Numbered from the stretch's first letter, positions 23,801 through 51,324 are shown. The stretch: DNA of 64,000 nt from Antedon mediterranea (GCF_964355755.1 NC_092678.1:264422-328421), one strand, 5' to 3'. Translations and numbers: made by a program. The notes: generated by a model not told the origin, from the letters alone.

Positions 23801-26800
23801 ACAGATCAGAAGGTCACCAGGTCACCAGATCCTGAGAAAGCTCTCCTCTATCCACTGTAGCACCAGTGCACCAGATCCTGAGAAAGCTCTCCTCTATCCA
23901 CTGTAGCACCAGTGCACCAGATCCTGAGAAAGCTCTCCTCTATCCACTGTAGCACCAGTGCACCAGATCCTGAGAAAGCTCTCCATTGTCCAACGTAGCG
24001 TGTAGCATTTTCCACATTAATGACGCTGTTCAAGACAATCTACTCATGCAGATGTATTCTTCTTAATGCCAGACAAGCACAGATTTCAGAATTCTTACTA
24101 GCATACTCTGCAACAACCAGGTCCAAATAACCATCACTTCTCTCTTCTCTCCAAGTAGTACTCACTCAGATATTTCAGGAATCAACGTCTCAAAGCCTTG
24201 GTGTGTCTTACTGTAGTTGAGGAAGGAACTGGTAGTTGTTGTGTCATGATAGATCCACCCAGTTAGGCAGTTTACGGCAGTAATCCATGTGGTCCATCAG
24301 CCACCAGAATCTTGTCTGTAGAGGACAAAAGCGCACAGGTGAACAGGCGTAGATCTTCATGCTGGGGAACTGGACAAATATACTTAGGGGAAGGCATAGT
24401 TTAACACTTACAGTATATTCAAACCTGATTAATACATTGTCTAAGAATTGCGTGATAAATGTTTCCACAACACAAATATTACATATTACATTTGGCCTTA
24501 ATTAATTTACATTTTTTAACATACAACGCTACAGTGTGCAAGTCTGCACTTTAAACTAATAACATTCACACATTAAACATTACATGAAATACACAAACCT
24601 TTTAAATGGAAATATGTGATAATATTAAAAAAGTATTGTGAAAAGAAATTGGTTCTTACCCTTGGTATCATGTACGTGTGATCTCTGTGAGCATCCCCTT
24701 GTTCTGACGATGTCTCACTGTGTTTACGTTTACGCGATGGTGGCCCTATATACACCATTTCATCCTCTTCTCCTGAATTTGGGTAGTACATGCTCCGCCG
24801 TGATAGCTAAAATAAATAAAACAATACAAAATAAATGCTTGGTTTCCACTAGAGACACAGCGCAGGAGTGTAACTGCAGCGCAGGGACGCAAGGACAGCG
24901 CAGGGATGTAAGCACAGCAGCGCAGGGACATAAGCACAGCAGCGCAGGGACGTAAGCACATCAGCGCAGGGACGTAAGCACAGCAGCGCAGGGACATAAG
25001 CACAGCAGCGCAGGGACGTAAGCACATCAGCGCAGGGACATAAGCACAGCAGCGCAGGGACATAAGCACAGCGCAGGGACGTAAGCACAGCAGGGCAGGG
25101 ACATAAGCACAGCAGCGCAGGGATGTAAGCACAGCAGCGCAGGGATGTAAGCACAGCAGCGCAGGGACGTAAGCACAGCAGCGCAGGGACGCAAGCACAG
25201 CAGCGCAGGGATGTAAGCACAGCGTAGGGATGTAAGCACAGCGTAAGAAAGTAACCGCAACACAAACAATGGACTATGCAAATTGTTGGTAAACTTGCTT
25301 ATGTTGGGTTTACGTCTTTATGTTGCCTCTCTAGTGGGAACTAAGCTTAAGCAAGTTATTAATGAAAGTTAAGTAAGAGGAGAGAAATTGCTTAATTGAG
25401 TAGAGAACTTACCAAAGACAATCGAATACATTGCTTTAACCTGCACTTCTGCCTAATCCTGTTTGGTCCGCCAAATTTCTTCATATCCTGAAAAAACATC
25501 CCATAATAACGATTAAAAAATATGAAATTAGCAAGAAATATTTTAGAGTATAATACTCAATTAAAAGGGTAGCCATCATGTGATAGGGTATTGCTAAACT
25601 GTGCAAACACAATGGACATTCTAACACCTTGAGACATCAAATCATCTGTAGGGTTAATTTTAGCGCATTTTATTATACTGAAACAATCTACTTACCATGC
25701 AGTAGTCACATTCCCCGCAATCGTCTTGACGATAGCAAGCATCACAGTCTCCGCATCTCCGATTTGATCGCTGAAAAAAAGATAAAACAAATTTTAAGTT
25801 TATGTCCTAAAGCCACACAGTAAAGTAGCAGAGTTTATTAGCTAAGTAGAGTGTGTGACTGTATTAAGAAGTATGCGTTTTGACTGCATAAAAAAAATAG
25901 ACAGTAGTAAATGTTTTATCTATTTGTATCATGTCTGTTTCTATGTGTGTGTGCCCAAATATGGTAGTGATATGTCATCATGTCTGTTTGTTTGTACTTA
26001 ATATATACTGTACTGACTTACGTATCAAGTTCTGTGTGTGTGTGCCCAAATATGGTAGTGATATGATGTCATCATGTCCATATATGGGCACATCACATTT
26101 TGTTGTCACATAGAGTTTGATAGTGTAGACAGAGCTTAAGGCTAGCTACAATAATAAATGGATAATGCTTAAGAGATGATTGTATACAGGAGGACCAAAC
26201 ATGAGAACATTACAAAGAAATTAGCAGACTAATACCCCAGGGTGGGCTTATACATGGATCAGTACGTTAATCATAAATGAATAAAAAAAAGGTTGTAATT
26301 ACAGGTAGTGAGCTTACCACAAGTGGTAACTTAACATTATTTGCGTATTCATCACTAGAACCTTCTGTACCAGATTTCTTCTCTTCGTACGCTTTTAAAA
26401 GTTTATCACAAAAACTAGTATCCACTTTATCATCTGCAGGTTTCATTTTCTTTGATGTTTTCTTCTTTCTATCTTTGTCTTTTGAGTGTTTCTTTTTCTT
26501 TTTGTCCTTGTGTTTTTTCTTGTGTTTATCTTTCACCTTGTTTCTATCTCGGTCTCTCGTTCTTGATTTTTTCTTCGCTTTCATTTTTTTTTCAATTTTG
26601 CGGTATATTACATTATTGAAAGGATCTTTTGCTATTTAAAAAACAAACCAGAAAATATGAATAAATATTACATGAATAAAAATTCTTTCTACATCCCATT
26701 AAAAAAAATTTGTACCAAACTAGGTTAATATCAAGTGTAAACCTAATGTTAACAGAATTGTTAATTTAATTAAGTAAATATGTTGTTACATAGTACTGTA

Positions 26801-29800
26801 CTTAGTACTGTACTTAGTACTGTACTTAGTACTGTACTTAGTACTGTAGTACTTGAGAAGGAACTTCTCCCATTCCCTTTACATTTCCTTAATTTCCCCT
26901 TCCTTCTTCACTTCTAAATTAGATCAACAATAAGATAACTCTATACAGCATTGTGTACTTACTGCGACATGGCGGACAGGCATATTTTCTGATATTCTTT
27001 GACGATGATTCTTTTAAATTAACGCAATCACCATGGTACCACTCATTACAGTAGTCACAGCATCTGAAAATGAATTAACAAACTTTTACAAACATTTATT
27101 AAAATGGTTTAAAATCAAGATATATTTTAGAGCATTGAAATTAAAAGGATAGCCATACATTCTTTATTGGTAATGGAAATACTACAGTAATTCTCTGTAA
27201 ATACATCAATCGAATAACACCTTTTATGATGAAGAATGTGTGCCATGAAATCATGTTAAGGGGTAATTTTCCCTGCATTATTCAGGATTAAATCAATAAA
27301 TATAGGCGTCACCATTTTTAGTGAACACTTTTGAGTAACTTAAAAAGCAGTAAATTACACAAAAAGTATGTTACTGTACTGTACACACAAAACCAAATCA
27401 TAATGATGAACACAGACACATAATGTGTTTTTTTATAATGGATGAATTTACGCAAAATCAAATGCAATTATCAATGGCCTGACTGTGACCTCTAAGGAAG
27501 TTTCTAGAGTACAGAATGTCAAAACCAATTGTACGTGCTTAGATAGGATACTCTAATTGACAGATTATGTTCATTACCGTGTAAAGTTTATCAACAAAGA
27601 AACAGAAATACTTGGACGTTATCATGATTTAAACAAAATTACTTTAAATATCAGAAACACTAGCTCGATAATTATGTATTAAGTCAGGGGGAAAAGTGGC
27701 AAAAGGCTTCCTAATTTAAAATAGTTTTATGTGGTTATCATCAGAGGCAGTAGTCTAAAGTATAACTGTATTATCTGTCACAAGTAAATAGACATCTGCC
27801 ACGGAATAAAGTAGCTTTCCAAAATAAAATATACAGTAGTTGCTACAAAACGACATAGAACAGTAAACACATGCTTGATAATCCTGTATTCTGTGTCAAG
27901 AGTAAATATAGGCTTCTGACACGGAATACAAAAATAAAAAATACATAATTTGCTACACGTTTGTAATACAAGTTAGACACATCATGATTGTTTACGAGAT
28001 GATTTTTGCAAGACGTGTCCAGATCGCTTGAGGTAGATTGATTTCTTTCCCAGTCAGTGAATCACTGGAAACGTTTTGAATGTAAAATTAACATAACTGT
28101 CTGAGACAATGCAAATGGTTAATGCAGGAAGCCAGAATGAAATCTGTTGGGATTTGTGTGTGTGTGGCTGGCATGTTACTACAGTAGCATGATTATTGTC
28201 ATGCTTGAATGAATCCTGCTTAAATTCTAAGAATTTAAATTGAAAACAAAGAAACTGATTGCTACTTCTTATAAAATTATAGTTATACCATGATGCAAAA
28301 AAAGTTGAAAGAAAAATAATGCATTTCTATGTGAATTAAATGATAAGATTATTTATCTAAATTCAATTTACATCAAGGGCCGTTGCCAGCTTGAGGCAGA
28401 CGAGGCATTCACCTCATCTGAAATTGTTAATTTTCTCACAACCCACCCCAATTCACCAGTAGAGATAATCGTGTTGTATATTAATAATTATATTTTAAGC
28501 ATCTTTATCTTGTCTGTTTTTAACGTTTACGGCATTGTAAATGCAATAATTCATTAATAACTTTCTATTTAAAGACTTAATTTTGTATTGTTTTGATACT
28601 CACATCATAAATCGTGAGGCATCAGTACTCTGACAAACACAATACAGCTCTGGTGTACTTCTGCTGTTATCTTTGACTGCTGGACCCTTGTCTTTTGCCC
28701 CCTTTTCCATAAATGTCATCAAGCCAGTTACCTTTGCAGCTCTTTCAGGCAACTTGTTGAAGGCCTTAGCAACTTCCTCCTGCTGCTGAAAATAAAATAC
28801 AACAACATATTATTTTCGCGTCTGTACGTCTGCTAAAGTACAGCGCTTAATTTGATGCACCTTTTTGCTTGATGTCATTGATTATCTTTCATAATCAATT
28901 CAATCTGCCGCTAAGTAAAGCTCAACACTATCAAACTTTATGTGTCAAAAAAATGTGATGTGCCCATATATGGACATGATGATGTCATATCACTACCATA
29001 TGTAAGCATAGTTCTACCATATTTGGGCACATCAAACTTTTTTGACAAATAAAGTTTGATAGTGTAGACAAGGCTTTATGTATATATTATCAATTTGATT
29101 CAAATAACATATAATCTTGCATTGTAAAAAGTAATATCATCTGTGTATTTTTTGTTCATCACCACTTTTGCTTTGCAAGAACTAATCATCTCGGATTTCT
29201 CTATGTCTAGATACAGTATGTGTTTAATAAAAATACCAATCTTAACGAACATTCTGAGAAACATAAATGTTTTCACCTCAACTTTATGAATGAAATTATA
29301 CGCAAAAGAATTTTGCTTTGATTTTGAATACTGTACTTAAATAAATGAAAAAAAGTTTGTTGTTTGAGATGCAGTTAAGAAATATGCAAATACAATGATA
29401 GTGTTAGAGTGCACGTAATCAACGCTGTAAAGAATCTGAAGTCTTCCTTCCCTACTGCAGTTAATTCACTAGGATACAATCTATAGATTTTCTTACACGT
29501 ACTAGGACACAATTGATTAAAGCAGGAACTTGATTGTTTTTGCATTTCCTTTTGATTTCTGTCTTATAATTTCAGAGACTTAGTTAGTTCAAGTCTGAAT
29601 TAAGTCTGAAGTATAAAAGATTAGGAAAAGCTCCAGAGTGGAATATAAATAATACACTTTTAATTGTTTTTGTCTATTGCATTGTTAAACAATTAAAAAG
29701 TACTATAATTTGGTCTAATATTTTTTAACAGATCTGTGTCATGTCACATTATTATTATTGAATGAATTACTGTACAGTAGCTTGCATGTCTACACAACTA

Positions 29801-31402
29801 ATAAATTGCTATTAAATGCTTTGATGATAAAGAGGATGTATCACCCTACACAGACGACGGATGATAAAGAGGATGTATCACCCTGCACAGACGACGGATG
29901 ATAAAGAGGATGTATCACCCTACACAGACGACGGATGATAAAGAGGATGTATCACCCTACACAGACAACGGATGATAAAGAGGATGTATCACCCTACACA
30001 GACGACGGATGATAAAGAGGATGTATCACCCTACACAGACGACGGATGATAAAGAGGATGTATCACCCTACACAGACGACGGAAAACATATCGGTAAAGA
30101 GGATGTATCACCCTACACAGACGACGGAAAACATATCGGTAAATGCAGAATAGGAAGTGCAATGCTCTGATGCTGCTGTCAACTTATGGGTTTGCACATG
30201 TGCAGTGCGTTGTCAGTTTATGATCTGCACATGTTGTCAGTTTTATGATTTGCACATGTGCAGTGCGTTGTCAGTTTATGATTTGCACATGTGCAGTATG
30301 CTAGCAAGAAACAAAGGACACTGAGAATGTGATGTGAACTTTTGTCTGCACATGAGCACAAATATGACGTTGGTATTTTTTTTAAAGTGCTGATACATAC
30401 TGAAAAGTAGTGTAATGATGTTTGGTTTGAATATGCTTTAAAATAAAACTTTTAAAATGAATAGGCTTTGAACTAGCTAGTATGTAGGACAGTAATGGTA
30501 TGATGATACAGTAGCAGAAAATGGTTGAATTTTTACTTACATCACTATCTGATGACATATAGTCAAGAGACTGAAAAAATCAACATTTTAAATAAAAATA
30601 TTTGTATAGGTTTATAATTGTAATAGCAGTTTTAGGCCTAAAAACATTTCTGAGCAATTCCTCCAGCTACTGTAGGCTCAACCAGTTCCTACTTATTTAG
30701 GCCTAAAATATTATTTATTTATTAATATAAAATATTTTGTCATTATTTATTAATTAATGACAAAATGGAGAGACACACCGTACCGGTGACAGCGTTTTGT
30801 TTAATGCTTTTGTCTCTCCTCGGCTTCGTGTCTTGTACAGTACTTCATATATATATATATTTCTATGTTTTGTAATTATTATTTCATGTTTATTGCCGAA
30901 ATGAATAAAATAAAAATAAAATAAAACTTTGTATTTGCAAAGACATGTTTACAAAACAACTCAATACACAGGGAACAGAGAAGATATTAATAATATTTTA
31001 AAGCAACAACAAATCTATAAACAAAAGTCAAAATAACTTTAAAAGTTCATAAAATATACATCAAATAATCATTTAATTTATTTGAATTATTATAGTATAG
31101 TCAAACAATTATAATTGATCAATAAACAAAGCCAGGCATTTAGTTCGTTAATTGTAAATAAAGTCCTAGGCCCCTAAAGTGTGGACTACTAAATTGTGAC
31201 ACGACAAAAATCCAGGTCAGTCCAGTTGGAATTAGCGTTACTTTATCGCGCAGACTCATAAATTTCCGACGAAGCGGGCCTAGAAAAACAAGACAATTGA
31301 CGCTGTTCATATCTCAATATTAAACAAATAAAATATTATTTTATTACCACCAAAACATAATCAATCACTTACAGATTTATTTGCTGAATCACTATCACTC
31401 AT
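14839..31402 (-). CDS. CXXC1: CXXC-type zinc finger protein 1 (CFP1, SET1/COMPASS subunit), 16 coding exons, ~736 aa
   Basis: Exons 31373..31402, 30541..30570, 28604..28785, 26963..27063, 26318..26631, 25696..25770, 25413..25487, 24660..24806, 18669..18782, 18223..18386, 17499..17706, 16927..17031, 16525..16574, 16284..16377, 15479..15634, 14839..15204. All are GT-AG and phase-compatible. Motifs: PHD (LYCVC...FMICCDYCNEWYHGDC), CXXC (DMKKFGGPNRIRQKC), QCNGPGC...SKYCSDECG, RIFEFLPQRIKQWQESPCIAEE, YCKRLKVLCPEH, WEKLRRAEIDL, KLDDLFEQERNIRTAM. Confidence 0.96.
15804..16225 (+). mobile_element. tRNA-headed SINE with 46-bp head tandemly repeated x6
   Basis: A-box-like AGTGGCCGAACAG in each 46-bp unit (15804..16079) and a single B-box GGTTCGAGGC. 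The 3' part matches the copy at 36235..36503. Confidence 0.75.
17720..17935 (+). mobile_element. Possible LINE (L2/CR1 group) 3' tail remnant
   Basis: AAGCGCTCTGA...ATAGCGCTATATAAAT followed by (TAGA)n resembles L2-type 3' stem-loop tails. Confidence 0.3.
20740..21025. repeat. ~41-bp tandem repeat x ~7
   Basis: TAGTGTACCAACATCATGGTAGCACAGTATTAACTATTTAC repeated. Confidence 0.9.
21140..21455. repeat. 27-28-bp tandem repeat x ~11
   Basis: ACAGACTGGCTTCTGTCAAACTTTATT variants. Confidence 0.9.
21543..23025. repeat. 96-bp tandem repeat x ~14
   Basis: Near-identical units ACAATGTATAGAATAACCTTTATCC...GACATAAGCCAGTCTTAATTAA. These produce the repetitive ORFs at 21528..22721. Confidence 0.95.
23180..23640. 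repeat. 28-bp tandem repeat x ~16
   Basis: GATGTACCATAGTTCAGGCTGGTGTAGT variants. Confidence 0.92.
23823..23985. repeat. 46-bp tandem repeat x ~3.5
   Basis: CACCAGATCCTGAGAAAGCTCTCCTCTATCCACTGTAGCACCAGTG. Confidence 0.9.
24244..24315 (-). CDS. CXXC1: Probable alternative terminal exon of CXXC1 (short PHD+CXXC isoform, ~341 aa)
   Basis: Strong acceptor GCTTTTGTCCTCTACAG in phase 0 with exon 24660..24806. Encodes TRFWWLMDHMDYCRKLPNWVDLS*. It is retained in frame in the duplicate at 10725..10789. Confidence 0.6.
   Translation of the reverse strand, partial: TRFWWLMDHMDYCRKLPNWVDLS
24836..25350. mobile_element. MITE (same insertion as 11072..11910) with internal 22-bp minisatellite x ~17
   Basis: Termini GCTTGGTTTCCACTAG / CTAGTGGGAACTAAGC. 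Unit GCACAGCAGCGCAGGGACRTAA. Confidence 0.75.
29823..30140. repeat. 37-bp tandem repeat x ~8
   Basis: GATGATAAAGAGGATGTATCACCCTACACAGACGACG repeated without unique spacers. Confidence 0.92.
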
Positions 31403-31783
31403 TTTTAACTAAATTCAGGTAAAATTGACATAAAATAGCAACAACTAACGCGAAAAACAAGACGCCATTTCAGCAACTTTGACCTTAATTTGCATTTTTA
31501 ATGAACTGTAACATTTATAATTTCTTTTCATCAAAATAATTGTTCAATGCTACATTACTTATTCATTTGAAAACAAATAATAAATAAAATGATATTTATA
31601 TTTATTAAACATTGAATTACATAAGTAACAATGTATTCTACATTGTTGTAGTATATACGTACCCAAAATTGTTTGTAAGAATCACCTAGTTCCCGTACGT
31701 TAGCTCAATGTTGTGAATCGTATGCGACACTGATTCACAACAACTCGGGAACCAGAATGAGATCGAAAAATATGAAAACAAAG
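31403..31783. promoter_or_regulatory. Bidirectional promoter region CXXC1 / MRPL46
   Basis: Divergent start codons ~380 bp apart. YY1-like AAATGGCG on the minus strand at ~31462-31469. Confidence 0.7.
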
Positions 31784-33686
31784 ATGGCAACCCTCGTAAA
31801 GCATGCGAAACTGTTTTGTAGATTAAATACACAAATATATCCACCAACATCAATTTTAGATTCATTTAAGTCACAGATAAAGATATGTAAGTGAATTCGA
31901 ATATTAATGTAGGCCTAAATTACATTCATAGACAATTTATGCGTTTATAATAAGCTAAATAAAGTCGAGGTTCAACAATAAACATCCTCTTTCGTTAAAA
32001 AAGTCGGACCGACTCCTGATCTCATTGTTAGCTGGTCGGTTCGTCCTTGTTTGGTACGCCCCCTTTAGTCTGTTGTGTTACACACATACAGTAGTTTAAA
32101 CTTTGATTTTCCCCTAAAATCAGTCTGATTTGAAGTAAATTTATGTATGAAGTAGGCCTATGACGAAATTATGTTATTTGACAAAAGAACCCTCTTTATT
32201 TATTTTTGTACAGGTAAACGTTGTCATTTATCATCCCAACCAACTATGTACCGAAAGTATAGCCAACATGTCAACGCAGATCATGGAGAAGAAACAATTC
32301 CACGCCTTACATGGAAGCTAATGGGAGCAGTTTGCCTTGAACGTCCCCCAATTATTACAACAGATATGAGTAAGATTGAACAAGATTACATGAAAATGGT
32401 GGATGAGTTGGAATATGAGGCTAGTGTGTTATCTGATCACGAAATCCAACTAAATAAAGACAGGTTTGTAAAGCTTGCTTCTCATTGGATGCAATGTAAC
32501 GACGTAGGTAGGAGTTGCCAATCACAAGCGACACTTTGGATGATCCATTGCACCATGATTGTTCAATTTGCATCATTAATAGTGTGTCTTAAATATTAAC
32601 TGGTATAATTTCAGCGATTTATTGTTTATTTTTCAGAGAACAAATGAAGCAGAAACAACAAGGTGAACTAGACGACGAAGACTCATCAAACTTACTAACA
32701 GCGCAAGATATTGAGGATTTAGCGACAGAAGAGTACAACAGATTCAAAACAGCCAATAAACATACAGGTGTCAAAATATGCAAATTAACTTGTCATTCAT
32801 AATTTTGTCCAAATATGTCATTTAAAACACTAAATTATATTATTTAATTGGTTTATTAGAAGCAGATAAAACAGGAGGCATGACAACATCACATCGCAAA
32901 CTTGATGAGAATTTAATACTGTTTGTAAAGAATGAAATAGGAAATCAATCGGTGTGGATGCTGCCCCAAACGGAACACTTACCAGGAGAATCTTTATGTC
33001 AGGTAGTGTCTCTTATCACATACCTTGGCTTCAGTGGCCCTGAATGTATCATCATCTCTTATACAAACACTACTGCAGTTTAGATAAAATCTACTAACAA
33101 GTGTTTCATTGCTTTTACCAAATCTAGACTGCGGAACGGGCAGCCATGCAAGTTGGATCTGGCGCTAATGTAACGTTTTTTGGCAATGCGCCAATTGGTT
33201 TTTACAAGTACAAATTCCCTAATAAGGTTAAAAGTGAAACGGGTGCAATAGGAGCAAAGGTACTTGGGTAATATTATCACTATTTTGTAATATCACGAAC
33301 TTGTGTAAAAACAATCAATTGTTGTGTTGTGCTGTATACACCAGTCTTGTGAATAAATAAAGTTTATATATTATATCACCAGTCTATACAGTGGATTGTA
33401 GTTTGAAAATTGATTGACGACAATATGAAATTGTTAAAATTAAAAAACTCTATTTTAAATGGTCTTATAAAAGTACCTATATTTAATAATTAAAAATGTA
33501 CTATAAATAAACCATAAGTCTATACTTTTACATTCACAGGTATTTATCTTCAGAGCTAAAGTATTAAAAGGTCAATTTTCTGTCCTTGAAGGAGCAGTAG
33601 GTCAACACGCATGGGTCAACAAAGACGAAATGAAGGAATATCTTGTACCTGCATATCTAGAATCCATCCTTAGATTCATTCGGTAA
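31784..33686 (+). CDS. MRPL46: Mitochondrial ribosomal protein L46 (mL46), 6 exons, ~301 aa
   Basis: Exons 31784..31886, 32214..32463, 32637..32767, 32860..33002, 33128..33259, 33540..33686. Motifs WKLMGAVCLERPP, SDHEI, RKLDENLILFVK, WMLPQ...PGESL, GNAPIGFYKYKFP, GAKVFIFRA and HAWVNKDEMKEYL match MRPL46. In-frame upstream ATGs at 31757 and 31772 are possible starts. Confidence 0.94.
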
Positions 33687-34065
33687 TCTTGTGAACATTT
33701 AATGAGGATAACATATTGACCTTTGACCTAAAATACATGGAATTGTTAATCTAAGAACATTGAGCAAGCTTGAACTTTACATAATAAAAGAAATAAATAA
33801 AAGCATTTATGAAAAATGATTTTAATTGTGTTTTCATAATAAGTATTGTACATTAAACAACTAATAACAATTTCTAGAAAATTAAACGGTTACATCAAAC
33901 AGAACTATAGAGGGCAGTACAGTTCATTAGAAAAACAGGGTGGTATAACGTACCACTCATTTCAGTAGCAATAAATTACAAAATTAGTAATTTTTCTCAT
34001 TTTATCTGGTAAACAAATAAAGTACATTTCTCCCATTTCTTAAATTATTAAACTAAAGATCTTGC

Positions 34066-49645
<15,580 letters not shown>

Positions 49646-49750
49646 TTGGTTAAAATTATTCCTATATTATAAAAGAAAAACAATTTTTAATTCATTAATT
49701 TTTTTTACTTATTCTTATGTATTAAAACGCATCAGACATAGAACATTAAT

Positions 49751-50104
49751 TCTAAACCGACCGGTGATATACTGAAATTTAATTAATTATTTTGAAACGA
49801 TAAAGATGAGGAAATCTGTGAGAATGAGAAAAAGTCGCCCCAACCGAGACTCGAACCCGGAACCTTTTGCTTGATATGCAGATGTCCTAACCATTAGACC
49901 ACTGGGGCTTTCATTGTATTGCTCCAACTCAATTGGATAGCGACTCTTTTAACACTCTCGGCGTGGTACGGCGGAAAAGCACTACCAGTCCCTCAATTGT
50001 ACGCACGCGCACCACAGATCAAGTTGATACACCCTCATCTTTCAGTATTTTATTCACGAAGTGGGATCTTCAAAGATATATATCTTTATATAGGCCTATA
50101 AACA
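49751..50104 (-). mobile_element. Dispersed repeat carrying an internal tRNA-like gene
   Basis: Flanked by a 21-bp direct repeat CATCAGRCATAGAACATTAAT (49730..49750, 50105..50125). A second, more degenerate copy lies at ~55480..55712 (+). Confidence 0.65.
49836..49908 (-). tRNA. tRNA-like cloverleaf, anticodon ATC (Asp-type; probably pseudo/repeat-borne)
   Basis: GCCCCAG/TTGGGGC acceptor, D arm GTCT..GGAC with A box, anticodon stem TCTGC/GCAAA (1 mismatch) with loop ATATCAA, T arm CCGGG TTCGAGT CTCGG, followed by TTTTT. Confidence 0.55.
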
Positions 50105-50369
50105 CATCAGGCATAGAACATTAATGTATTTATATAGGTCTAGGCCTATAGGGCCTAGGCTAGCAACTAGCAAAACCGCTAGAGGGCAGCAGACATCTTT
50201 AGGGAATAGAAAAGTGCGATACGTATGTTCATAAAATGTATTTATATGTGCTTTAGTAGTATTTTCACCCAGTGACTATTTAAAGTTTAAAATGCTTATG
50301 ATTATATACAAACTCAAACAGAACACTATTCAAATGCTGAAAGATAAATTGAAAAATATATGCAAGTCC

Positions 50370-51324
50370 TAGTCTGGGCTCCAGACGGAGTTTTGTCTTA
50401 ATATTAGTAAAAATATATATATTTTTGCACATATGGTGTTTCATACGTGTATTACTTGAGTTTGGATACTCCGTCTGGGGAAACACGCACAAGTCACGTG
50501 GTTTGACACCAAGAATTCTTGGTGCATAAATTATCCAGTTGACTAGTTTAAGTCGCATGCCATTGGCTACTCATTCGTACGCAGTTTTAATATTCATATT
50601 TCAGAATTCCAAAGACTCAACATCTAGCATGCGCTATGTTACGTTTAGACAATGTGTACTTGGGTACATTGATGAAAGTTTCTGAAGGCTAGAAATGATT
50701 TTATATGCCAAGTAGTCTGGTAAACATTTGATGGGATTTTTCACAAGACACATGAAAACTCGTCTTGATATGATAGGCTAGCTTCTCCGCCAAATCAAAC
50801 ATTGAATGGATCATTTATTATGCGGAGATAATTTGATTTAATTCCCACCCAGACCCTGTCCTGTTATGCGTGGTGGTGTAGTCCTGTTGTGTGCCGGTCG
50901 GTGGTGGTATAGGCCTACCTTATTGGCGTTTTATTTGGCATTTCATACGTACGAGTTGAGTAGGAGGCCTAGGCCAGGACTGAACAATTAATAAACAAAA
51001 CAACTTGGCAACACGATTTTATATTTCAACAGTTGTTCAGTCTCGATCGTACATTCAGCACTGTACTACGTACGTTTCTCGATCTTTTTTCATTTTGAAA
51101 CAAAATGATCATTGGTTGATTCGAAATCCATATTTACATACCGCTCACCCCATATAGCCAAATACGGTATGATAACCTACGTCATTCTTATCGGATGTTT
51201 GCGGTCTGCAAATCGATTTCTATACGTGTTTCACAAGTCTGTATTTTCAGACAAAAATCGCCGTCGAAATAAAAACAAATAAATAAAAAAAAAAGACAAT
51301 AAATACAGACTTGGGGCAAGTCTA
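50370..51324. mobile_element. Non-autonomous DNA transposon, TAG..CTA termini, 10-bp TSD (AcademH- or MULE-like)
   Basis: ATGCAAGTCC is duplicated at 50360..50369 and 51325..51334. Ends are TAGTCTGGGCTCCAGAC / CAGACTTGGGGCAAGTCTA. Confidence 0.6.

Noticed and set aside
24746-25281. Cys-rich ORFs (RCCAYVPALLCL)
   Set aside because: Product of the 22-bp minisatellite in several frames.
49836-49908. Functional canonical tRNA-Asp gene
   Set aside because: Atypical ATC anticodon, A at position 32, an anticodon-stem mismatch, and location in a dispersed repeat.
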